DNA from: Desulfobacula toluolica Tol2
Lineage (GTDB): Bacteria > Desulfobacterota > Desulfobacteria > Desulfobacterales > Desulfobacteraceae
Assembly: GCF_000307105.1 (NCBI RefSeq)
Contig: NC_018645.1
Coordinates: 856,578 to 880,577, forward strand
Length of the DNA: 24,000 nucleotides
Direction: 5' to 3'
Below, one piece after another: positions 15,154-22,374 of this stretch. Numbering within the stretch: the first letter of the stretch is position 1; each line of letters begins with the position of its first letter. A program made the position numbers and the translations under genes. A model generated the notes under the pieces. The model had not been told where the DNA came from, did not search any database, and saw nothing but the letters and a program-made list of their open reading frames with translations.

Positions 15154-16118
15154 ATCTGTATTTCCCAGCATCTATGAATCTGTTTGCGCTTGTTCTGATA
15201 ATCCTCGGGAATGGTTTTGGATGTAATCTCCTTGATATTTGTGACGGTCAGCTCTTTTGTCTTTAAATCAAAATTTTGATGATTGGTGGAAAAGAAAACC
15301 ACAGCACTGGTTTTCATCAACTCAAAAACAGCATTGAGTAAATGTGGGTGTTCTTTTGCAATGTCAAAATGCCCGTTGGTCATCCGGGTGGTTGAATAAG
15401 AAGGCGGATCCACAACCGCCAGATCAAAGTCCCGGTATCCGTCATGCCTGGCCCGTTCAAGAAAATCAAGGGTGTCTTCCCGGATTATGGTGTGGTGGGA
15501 ACCTGTGAGACCGTTGAGTTCAAGATTGTCTTTTACCCAGTTGACAGCGGTTTGAGAGCGATCCACAGATACGGTCCGGCAGGCACCCCCTTTTGCCGCA
15601 TAACAGGTGAATGACCCTGTATAGCAATACAGGTTTAAAAAGTTTTTACCTGCTGCCTGCTTGCGCACCATCATTCTTGTGTTCCTGTGATCTGAGAACA
15701 GGCCCGTATCCACATAATCGTTTGGATTGATGTAAAATTTAAGGTCTCTTTCACCCATGGCTATTTTCTGGTTTGTATGGTTGATACGCTCGTATCTTTT
15801 TCCTTCCTTGATTCCTGACCGCCGGATTTTAAGATGCAGGTTTTCGTTTGGAACGTCCAATGCACGGGCAACGGCTTTGCCCATTATGGGAAGCCATTCC
15901 GGGAAGGATTGTTTGCGGCTGTATTCAGCAACAACAAGGTGGCCGTCATACCAGTCCACAACAGCCCTGATTTCCGGGATATCCCAGTCGTATAGCCTGA
16001 AGATGTCCAGGCCCTGTTTTTTATACCGTTTGCGCAGATGCTTGAATCTTTTTTTCACTTTGTTGGCCAGCATCCGGGCCTGATCTCTCTGCTTCTCCTG
16101 CAATGCCTGATTGTTCAT
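15150..16118 (-). CDS. class I SAM-dependent 23S rRNA methyltransferase, RlmK-like (homolog of the C-terminal half of E. coli RlmKL)
   Basis: 322 aa. From memory it aligns with the E. coli RlmKL C-terminal domain: FRLYDWDIPEI vs YRLYDADLPEY; DYVDTGLFSDHR vs DYLDTGLFLDHR; FLNLYCYTGSF vs FLNLFSYTGSA; VDPPSYS vs IDPPTFS; KQIHRCWEI vs RQIHNCWLI. Confidence 0.85.
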   Translation of the reverse strand: MNNQALQEKQRDQARMLANKVKKRFKHLRKRYKKQGLDIFRLYDWDIPEIRAVVDWYDGHLVVAEYSRKQSFPEWLPIMGKAVARALDVPNENLHLKIRRSGIKEGKRYERINHTNQKIAMGERDLKFYINPNDYVDTGLFSDHRNTRMMVRKQAAGKNFLNLYCYTGSFTCYAAKGGACRTVSVDRSQTAVNWVKDNLELNGLTGSHHTIIREDTLDFLERARHDGYRDFDLAVVDPPSYSTTRMTNGHFDIAKEHPHLLNAVFELMKTSAVVFFSTNHQNFDLKTKELTVTNIKEITSKTIPEDYQNKRKQIHRCWEIQI

Positions 16119-16252
16119 CTACAGCACTCCTGTATCATTAAATAAAACATCCATACACTATTTGAGTATGAATTTGCAACTCTGCGGATGTCCTTGACTT
16201 ATGGAATATGAACAATAAAAATCATCCATGGGGTTTGTGAATAATATTATGA

Positions 16253-16347
16253 TATAACTGCCACGGCAGGCTTGGTATTTCGCCTTGGTTTGAACACAAC
16301 AAAACATGAAATTTTCTTTTTGGATTTTTCAAGACTTTCATATAAAA
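16253..16347 (+). repeat. structured intergenic repeat, copy C (more diverged)
   Basis: ATATAACTGCCACGGCAGGCTTGGTATTTCGCCTTGGTTTGAACACAACAAAACATGAAATTTTCTTTTTGGATTTTTCAAGACTTTCATATAAAA. Stem 1 is degraded (TTTGAAC replaces TTTGCCC). Stem 2 is ATGAAA/TTTCAT. It lies 65 nt upstream of the 16412 start. Confidence 0.8.
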
Positions 16348-16411
16348 CTATAAACAAACCATGAATTTTGTACTATTATCTGTAAAACTGTAAATAAAAA
16401 AGGAGTCGGTT

Positions 16412-17077
16412 ATGCTCAAAGATGGTGAAAAAGGGGTGATTCGTCAACGAGGTAAGGAAAAAGAAACCTATGCCATTGCCCCGCATCTTCCCTGCGGGAT
16501 TGTGAATCCGGATCAGCTCAGGAAGCTTGCGGATGTGGCCCAAAAATATAATGTGTCGGATGTGAAAATCACCAGTGCGGCAAGGATCGCCCTTATCGGC
16601 ATTACCGAAGACCAGGTGGACGGCATCTGGAAGGATCTTGGCATGGATGCCGGTCATGCCACAGGGCTTTGTGTCAGAAGCATCAAGGTTTGCCCCGGAA
16701 CAGCCTATTGCCGCCTGGCACAGCAGGACAGTCTTAAGATGGGCATGGCACTGGATGAAACTTATCATGGCATGGTTCTGCCCAGTAAAATGAAAATGGG
16801 TGTCAGCGGCTGCAAAATTCAATGTGCTGAAAATTGTATCAAAGATATCTCCCTTTACGGAACCAAAAATGGATGGACCGTCATGGTCGGCGGCAATGGG
16901 TCGGCAAGACCGAGGCTTGCCGATCTTCTGGTGGAAGATCTTGACTTTGAAGATGCCCGGGCCATGGTGGCAAAGGTGGTGGCGTACTACAAGGAGAATT
17001 CAAAACGCGAACGCATGGGCCGGATGATTGAACGTATCGGTCTTGATATAATGAAGGCAAAATTAAATATCAAATGA
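16412..17077 (+). CDS. small siroheme-[4Fe-4S] nitrite/sulfite reductase family protein (assimilatory-type low-molecular-weight sulfite reductase, alSiR-like)
   Basis: 221 aa. The cluster/siroheme Cys motif C-x5-C...C-x3-C is present as CPGTAYC and CKIQC. There is a NIR_SIR ferredoxin-like half-domain (DQLRKLADVAQKY...VKITSAARIALIGI). The size matches the ~218-aa Desulfovibrio alSiR class. SD AAGGAG upstream. Confidence 0.85.
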   Translation: MLKDGEKGVIRQRGKEKETYAIAPHLPCGIVNPDQLRKLADVAQKYNVSDVKITSAARIALIGITEDQVDGIWKDLGMDAGHATGLCVRSIKVCPGTAYCRLAQQDSLKMGMALDETYHGMVLPSKMKMGVSGCKIQCAENCIKDISLYGTKNGWTVMVGGNGSARPRLADLLVEDLDFEDARAMVAKVVAYYKENSKRERMGRMIERIGLDIMKAKLNIK

Positions 17078-17164
17078 TATAATAACGGCCATGGCAGATC
17101 ACTCTGCCACAACAAGAAATAAAAGGTATCTAATTTCAATAGGTTGGAGATTTTTTATATAAAA
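17077..17164 (+). repeat. structured intergenic repeat, copy D (short-loop variant)
   Basis: ATATAATAACGGCCATGGCAGATCACTCTGCCACAACAAGAAATAAAAGGTATCTAATTTCAATAGGTTGGAGATTTTTTATATAAAA. Stem 1 is GGCAGA-tcac-TCTGCC. Stem 2 is ATAAAA/TTTTAT, a compensated change. It starts at the alSiR stop codon and ends 20 nt before the 17184 ATG. Confidence 0.8.
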
Positions 17165-17183
17165 TTTTAAAAGGGAGGGGAAA

Positions 17184-18113
17184 ATGGACAGGCGAAAATT
17201 TTTAAAACAGGTGTCGTTGTGGTCTGCAGGTATTATCATGACTCCTCCTGTATTTGATCTGACACCTGAATTGTTGGCTTCTTCTTTGATAAAACCGGAT
17301 GTTTTGGTGGCAAAAGGAGAAAATTATTTTGGCATGGTTACACAGGTGGTTCAGGCCATGGGCGGGATACAGGCCTTTGTCAAGCCTGGCGACAAAGTGG
17401 TGATCAAGCCCAATATCGGGTGGGACAGGAACGTTGAGCAGGGCGCGAACACTCATCCGGTGATTGTCAGCAGGCTGGCAAGTCTTTGTCTTGATGCGGG
17501 TGCATCCAAAGTGCTGGTGTTTGACCGGACCTGCAATGAAGAGCGACGGTGCTATCATAACAGCGGGATAAAGTCGGCATTAAAAGAGATCCGGGATAAC
17601 CGGCTCAGGCTTGAGTATGTGGATGATAGAAAGTTTGTGCCGGTCACCATCAAAAACGGAAAAGCATTAAAACAATGGTCGTTTTATAAGGATGCCCTGG
17701 AAGCCGATTGCTATATCAATGTGCCGGTTGCCAAGCATCATGGCCTTTCCGGGCTGAGCCTCGGCCTTAAAAATGTCATGGGCATTATCGGTGGATGGAG
17801 GGGCAGGATACATTATCAGCTGGGGGAAAAGCTTGCGGATTTGAACACCGTTATAAAACCTGGGTTTACCATTGTTGATGCCACCCGTGTGATTACCAGG
17901 AACGGTCCTCAGGGCGGGGATATGGATGATGTAAAAAAACTGGACACCATTATCGGCTGTGTGGACCCTGTGGCAGCAGATGCCTATGCCACAACGCTGT
18001 TCGGGCTGAAACCCGATCAGATCAAATCAACGGTTGAAGCCTATAAAAGAGGACTTGGACAGATGGATCTGGACAAGTGCAATATCCGCAACCTGAAAGC
18101 CTTGCAAGCATGA
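17184..18113 (+). CDS. DUF362 domain protein with a twin-arginine (Tat) signal peptide
   Basis: 309 aa. The N-terminus MDRRKFLKQVSLWSAGIIMTPPVF matches the Tat consensus (S/T)RRxFLK followed by a hydrophobic region. The body (VVIKPNIGW..., HHGLSGLSLGLKNVMG, DATRV, DPVAADAY) fits DUF362. SD GGGAGGGG upstream. Its TGA overlaps the next gene's ATG as ATGA. Confidence 0.8.
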   Translation: MDRRKFLKQVSLWSAGIIMTPPVFDLTPELLASSLIKPDVLVAKGENYFGMVTQVVQAMGGIQAFVKPGDKVVIKPNIGWDRNVEQGANTHPVIVSRLASLCLDAGASKVLVFDRTCNEERRCYHNSGIKSALKEIRDNRLRLEYVDDRKFVPVTIKNGKALKQWSFYKDALEADCYINVPVAKHHGLSGLSLGLKNVMGIIGGWRGRIHYQLGEKLADLNTVIKPGFTIVDATRVITRNGPQGGDMDDVKKLDTIIGCVDPVAADAYATTLFGLKPDQIKSTVEAYKRGLGQMDLDKCNIRNLKALQA

Positions 18114-19654
18114 AGATAAAACCGTATTTAAAACAGTTGAGACGGTTGTCCCAGGTTGTCTGTCTGCTGATATTTTTATTCTTGTTTCGGCAGACAGATT
18201 ATTCAGGCAGTGATATCATCCCCTATGCCGTCAATATCTTATTCCGGCTTGATCCTCTGGTGCTTGCCACTGTTACGCTGGCCAAAAAAACTTTTGTGAC
18301 ATTGTTGTGGCCGTCTTTTATCATTATCGGGTTAACCGTTTTGCTGGGCAGGGTTTTTTGTTCATGGATCTGCCCGTTGGGAACTATGATTGATCTGTCC
18401 GGTCGGTTTATCAAGCCTGTAACAAACCGTATACGCCTGTCCTGGTTAAAATATGTTGTTCTTATGGTTGTATTGATCTCAGCCGGTTTTGGTGTTCAAA
18501 TTCTGGGCTTTGCAGATCCTTTTTCCCTGTTGGTCAGGGGTATGGTGTTCAGTATTGATCCGATGATCAATTACCTTGTTTCCCTGTTTTTTGATTCAAT
18601 TTATATCAGTGGTCCTGCCTGGCTTTCAGGCATGACCGAGCCTGTGTATGATGTTTTTAAGGTTTTTCTTCTTCCCTATAAACAAAGCTTTTTTTTTCTG
18701 TCATTTGTATCCTTTTTTTTGCTGGTCTCTATTTTTATACTGGAGTTTTTCGGCAAGCGGTTCTGGTGCCGGAACCTTTGTCCCCTGGGCGGACTTTTGG
18801 CATTGATGTCACGGATATCTTTTTTCAAGCGAATCCCTGTGAAAGCATGCAGGCATTGTGATTTGTGTGAAACTCGTTGCCGGATGAAAGCCTTTGACAA
18901 AGACCGTTATTTTATGGGTGAAGAGTGTACTCTTTGCATGGACTGCCTGGAATTTTGCCCGGAAGCCATAACCACGTTCCGATTTGCCCCTGGCAAAAGC
19001 AAACCGCCCGTGGATATCAACAGACGCCAATTGATGGCCGCAGGGATTGCGGGCCTTGCCCTGCCTGTTCTCTGTCGGACCAGTGCCGTGTCAAAGACGA
19101 CGGATGACGCCTTGATCCGGCCCCCCGGTGCTCTGGATGAAAAAGATTTTCTTGCCACCTGTGTGCGTTGTGGAGAGTGTATGAAAGTTTGTATTAATAC
19201 GGCACTGCAACCCGTGTTTCTGGAAAAGGGTTTTGAAGCCATGTTTACTCCAAAACTGGTTCCCCGGCTGGGATATTGTGAATTCAACTGCACGCTGTGT
19301 TCCCAGGTATGTCCCACAGGTGCCCTGGAAAAAATGGAAAAAAAACAAAAGCATGCCTTTGTCATGGGCAATGCCTGGTTTGATAAAAACAGGTGCCTGG
19401 TGTACGCACAAAAAAAATCTTGCATTGTTTGCGAAGAACACTGCCCAACCCATGACAAGGCTATTAAATTTAATGAAATCAATACCATGGATCAGTCTGG
19501 CAATTCTGTTTTGCTCAAACAGCCTTATGTGGTGGCAGCTCTTTGCATTGGCTGCGGCATATGTGAATATATCTGTCCGGTCCAGGGCAGTGCAGGCATC
19601 AGGGTGGCAGGCAAGGGGGATAATGAAAAATACGGGGCAGGGTATGCATTATGA
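18110..19654 (+). CDS. membrane polyferredoxin: NapH-like N-terminal half fused to a NapG-like C-terminal half
   Basis: I prefer the start at ATG 18110 (MKIKPYLKQLRR), which overlaps the upstream stop; the track used GTG 18077. N-terminal half: TM helices carrying the two CX3CP motifs VFCSWICPLGT and FWCRNLCPLGG, then CRHCDLCETRC and CTLCMDCLEFCPE (compare NapH LFCSWVCPL, WCGHICPVG, CNRCMDCFHVCPE). C-terminal half: NRRQLMAAGIAGLALPV, IRPPGALDEKDFLATCVRCGECMKVC, CEFNCTLCSQVCPTGAL, CIVCEEHCP and CIGCGICEYICP (compare NapG RRRFLRD..., [48 protein letters not shown]). Confidence 0.85.
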   Translation: MKIKPYLKQLRRLSQVVCLLIFLFLFRQTDYSGSDIIPYAVNILFRLDPLVLATVTLAKKTFVTLLWPSFIIIGLTVLLGRVFCSWICPLGTMIDLSGRFIKPVTNRIRLSWLKYVVLMVVLISAGFGVQILGFADPFSLLVRGMVFSIDPMINYLVSLFFDSIYISGPAWLSGMTEPVYDVFKVFLLPYKQSFFFLSFVSFFLLVSIFILEFFGKRFWCRNLCPLGGLLALMSRISFFKRIPVKACRHCDLCETRCRMKAFDKDRYFMGEECTLCMDCLEFCPEAITTFRFAPGKSKPPVDINRRQLMAAGIAGLALPVLCRTSAVSKTTDDALIRPPGALDEKDFLATCVRCGECMKVCINTALQPVFLEKGFEAMFTPKLVPRLGYCEFNCTLCSQVCPTGALEKMEKKQKHAFVMGNAWFDKNRCLVYAQKKSCIVCEEHCPTHDKAIKFNEINTMDQSGNSVLLKQPYVVAALCIGCGICEYICPVQGSAGIRVAGKGDNEKYGAGYAL

Positions 19655-19668
19655 TAGTGGCGTAAAAT

Positions 19669-19698
19669 ATGAAGCTGTTTTTTTCAAGACTTTACAAC
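19669..19698 (+). repeat. partial/degenerate copy E of the intergenic repeat (stem-2 half only)
   Basis: ATGAAGCTGTTTTTTTCAAGACTTTACAAC resembles copy A/C ATGAAAGTTGCTGTTTTGATTTTTAAAGACTTTCATAT. The stem complementarity is lost. It lies 41 nt upstream of the cbiX start. Confidence 0.35.
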
Positions 19699-19738
19699 TT
19701 AAATGGATTTGGACTTAAAAAAATATCAGGGAGACTGT

Positions 19739-20101
19739 ATGAAAGCATTGATCATTGCTGCCCATGGCAGCCGGAAAAAAGAATCAAACCTGGAGATCGC
19801 ATCATTGGTGGAACGGTTGTCCAAAAAAACATCAGGATCTTTTGACATGGTGGTGCATGCTTTTTTGCAATTTGCCGATCCTTTGATTGAGAAAAAAATT
19901 GATGAGCTTGTGGAAAAAGGGGTAGAAAAACTTGTGATATTTCCGTTTTTTCTCGGCAGCGGCAGCCATATTCTTGTGGATATCCCGGAACTTGTAAAAA
20001 AGGCCCAAACCACCCATGGTCATGTTGAGTTTCAGTTGACCCGGCATTTAGGGAAAATCGAGGCAATAGAAGATGTGATCTTAAAGGAGGTGACAGGCTA
20101 A
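19739..20101 (+). CDS. cbiX: sirohydrochlorin chelatase, small CbiX(S)-type
   Basis: 120 aa from ATG 19739 (MKALIIAAHGSRKKESN...), with GGGAG 7 nt upstream; the track start at 19703 lacks an SD. The AHGSR motif, FPFFLGSGSH and the single-domain length fit CbiX-small. Confidence 0.8.
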   Translation: MKALIIAAHGSRKKESNLEIASLVERLSKKTSGSFDMVVHAFLQFADPLIEKKIDELVEKGVEKLVIFPFFLGSGSHILVDIPELVKKAQTTHGHVEFQLTRHLGKIEAIEDVILKEVTG

Positions 20102-20158
20102 CGCAAATGGATCAACAGATTGTTTCTTTTCAATTAATCCTGTGATATCTTTTTTGTC

Positions 20159-21391
20159 ATGAAAATTCTTCACATCATCAGCCAGACCCCGGATTTTACC
20201 GGGAGCGGAAAGTTTATCCGGGAGCTGATTCGGCAAAGTACACGAAACGGTCATGAAAATTATCTGGTGGCTGGTGTTCAGGCTGATTTTAACCTGCCAG
20301 AAACTTTAATCAGGGCAGATCATTGCTGTTTTGTGAGATTTGACGGAAAAGATCTTGATTATTCAATCCCCGGCATGAGTGATGTCATGCCCTATCAAAG
20401 CAGCGTGTTCTCAAACCTGGATATCACGGATATGATCGAATACCAGCGGGTTTTTGAAGAGAAGATCAGGCAGGCAGTGTGCAGGTTTCAGCCGGATATT
20501 CTGCACACTCATCACCTCTGGGTGGTGTCGGCCCTGGCAAGAAGGATTGCACCTGATATTCCAATGGTGACCACCTGTCACGGGACATGTCTTCGCCAGC
20601 ATTATCTGTGTCCGCATATTGGCCGGTCCATCATAAAGGATCTGCAAAACATAGACTGGATAATTGCCTTGAGCTGTGATCAGCAACAGTCCATTGTGAA
20701 AACCATTGCAGCTGATCCGTCAAAAATCAATGTGATCAGCGGCGGGTATAATCCGGATTGTTTTTTTTGTGAATCCAAAGAGTTTGACGGGGTTGTGGAA
20801 CTGGTATATGCGGGTAAGCTAAGTTCTTCCAAAGGCGTTCCCTGGCTTTTGAAAAGTCTGGAAAAGATCAAAGATCTTCCTTTCAGGCTTCACCTGGCCG
20901 GCAGCAGCAGTGGCAGGGAAAAACAGATCTGCCTTGAGCTTGCCGGAAACCTGGGGGCCAAAGCTGTCTATCACGGCTCTTTGACTCATGAACGTCTGGG
21001 AGCGTTGATGCGGCGATCCCATATCTTTGTGCTGCCTTCATTTTTTGAAGGTCTTCCCCTTGTTCTGATGGAGGCCATGGCCTGCGGATGCAGAATTATC
21101 ACCACTGCGCTGCCCGGAGTAAGACAATTGTTTGGTACCGATCACGGAACCATGGTAAAAATGATTCCTCTTCCAACCCTGAAAACCATTGATACCCCAT
21201 TTAAAAAAGATGAAGCCATGCTTGAAACCCGTCTTGCCCAGACATTGAAATCCGGCATTGAACAGGTTATGCAGGCTGTTGAACCGAATATGACCTATGT
21301 TTGTTCAGCAACGTCTCATTTTACCTGGGAAAAAATATTTTCAAATATTCAACAAGGGTATGCCCGGCTGTGCCGGGAAGCTCTCAAATAG
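20159..21391 (+). CDS. glycosyltransferase family 4 (GT-B, group 1)
   Basis: 410 aa. N-terminus MKILHIISQTPDFTGSGKF. The C-terminal donor-binding motif is VLPSFFEGLPLVLMEAMACGCRIITT (E-x7-E type). No obvious SD. Confidence 0.85.
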   Translation: MKILHIISQTPDFTGSGKFIRELIRQSTRNGHENYLVAGVQADFNLPETLIRADHCCFVRFDGKDLDYSIPGMSDVMPYQSSVFSNLDITDMIEYQRVFEEKIRQAVCRFQPDILHTHHLWVVSALARRIAPDIPMVTTCHGTCLRQHYLCPHIGRSIIKDLQNIDWIIALSCDQQQSIVKTIAADPSKINVISGGYNPDCFFCESKEFDGVVELVYAGKLSSSKGVPWLLKSLEKIKDLPFRLHLAGSSSGREKQICLELAGNLGAKAVYHGSLTHERLGALMRRSHIFVLPSFFEGLPLVLMEAMACGCRIITTALPGVRQLFGTDHGTMVKMIPLPTLKTIDTPFKKDEAMLETRLAQTLKSGIEQVMQAVEPNMTYVCSATSHFTWEKIFSNIQQGYARLCREALK

Positions 21392-21411
21392 CCGACGGCA
21401 GCATTGTTATT

Positions 21412-22206
21412 TTATGGATGTATGGCAATGGCGGCAATATCGTCATGGCATTTGAACCTGGGATAGTGTTGAATTTCCGGGTCCAGGGACTCGACTTTTC
21501 TTATATGATTTTTAAGCCCGGTCAGGCCAAGTTTTTGATAAAGCGTTACAAACCGGTCAAAACACCGTTTTTTTTCAGGGGTTGATGAGGGAAGCTGTAA
21601 TCCGTCGGTGAACAAAAGAATTGTTTTGACATGATTTAGGGGAAGAGATCCGCTGTTGACAAAATCAAGGGCATCAGGTTCGCCATTGAGGACGCCATAG
21701 GTTTTGTTCATGTTTGCTCTGATTTTTTTAACCTGAAGCTTAAATTCCAGAGCTTGGCAGGACTTGATTCTTTTGAGCATCATGAGGGTTTCATAATCAT
21801 GATCTTCTTGTTCCACCAGGACTTTGTAGGAATCATCGGTGTAAATAACAATAATATAAGAATCCCCGGTTTGCAGCCATTCAAGGGTGTTTTTGTGCAG
21901 CCTTACAACTGCGGCGCTGGTACTCCACAAACTATGGCGCCGGTTTAAGTCCACTTGCTGGGCCATCATCTTGGATAAAATGGCCTGATTTGCCTGACAA
22001 CCCAGTTTTAAAAGGGGAAAATGATTTTTAGAAAATATATGGCTGGCTGTGGAAGATGCAATCAGGCCACCTGTTTTGTCGCCCTCAAACAAGTCATTAT
22101 CAAGGCTTGAGGCTCCGTCAAAAACACCATAAAGATTTTTTTCAAGGACAACGGCATCTTCGTTTAACCTGCCTGATCCCTTTTCCAGTATATGTTCTAT
22201 TTTCAT
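21412..22206 (-). CDS. PP2C-family (PP2C_2-like) phosphatase domain protein
   Basis: 264 aa. The metal-ligand-like motifs occur in the expected order: NEDA, GVFDGASS, TGDS, FTDG and HDDIAAIAI. Convergent with the GT4 gene (20-nt gap). Confidence 0.6.
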   Translation of the reverse strand: MKIEHILEKGSGRLNEDAVVLEKNLYGVFDGASSLDNDLFEGDKTGGLIASSTASHIFSKNHFPLLKLGCQANQAILSKMMAQQVDLNRRHSLWSTSAAVVRLHKNTLEWLQTGDSYIIVIYTDDSYKVLVEQEDHDYETLMMLKRIKSCQALEFKLQVKKIRANMNKTYGVLNGEPDALDFVNSGSLPLNHVKTILLFTDGLQLPSSTPEKKRCFDRFVTLYQKLGLTGLKNHIRKVESLDPEIQHYPRFKCHDDIAAIAIHP

Positions 22207-22374
22207 AATTTAGGATGGGGTCACAATAAAACAAATCAGACCCCTTTTGCTGTTCAATCCAAAAGTTGAGTTAATAAATTACTGAAAAATATAGAGATCA
22301 GGGCTGGATTGTCAAAATGATAATTTCTATATGTTTGTTAAAAGGTATCAGAAAAACCAATTCTTGACCTGTTA

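Noticed and set aside
16376-16822. 148-aa minus-strand ORF
   Set aside because: It is antisense to the alSiR-like gene, which carries the diagnostic Cys motifs and a strong SD.
11199-17164. Repeat copies interpreted as integron attC sites (same orientation, one per spacer)
   Set aside because: There are no R''/R' core sites (RYYYAAC ... GTTRRRY) at the ends on either strand. No intI or attI is in the window. The flanking genes are core housekeeping genes, not cassettes.
18680-18725. T9 and T8 homopolymer tracts inside the polyferredoxin gene as phase-variation switches
   Set aside because: They encode a Phe-rich transmembrane helix (SFFFLSFVSFFLL). Similar T-runs occur in other membrane genes here, and there is no evidence of a contingency locus.
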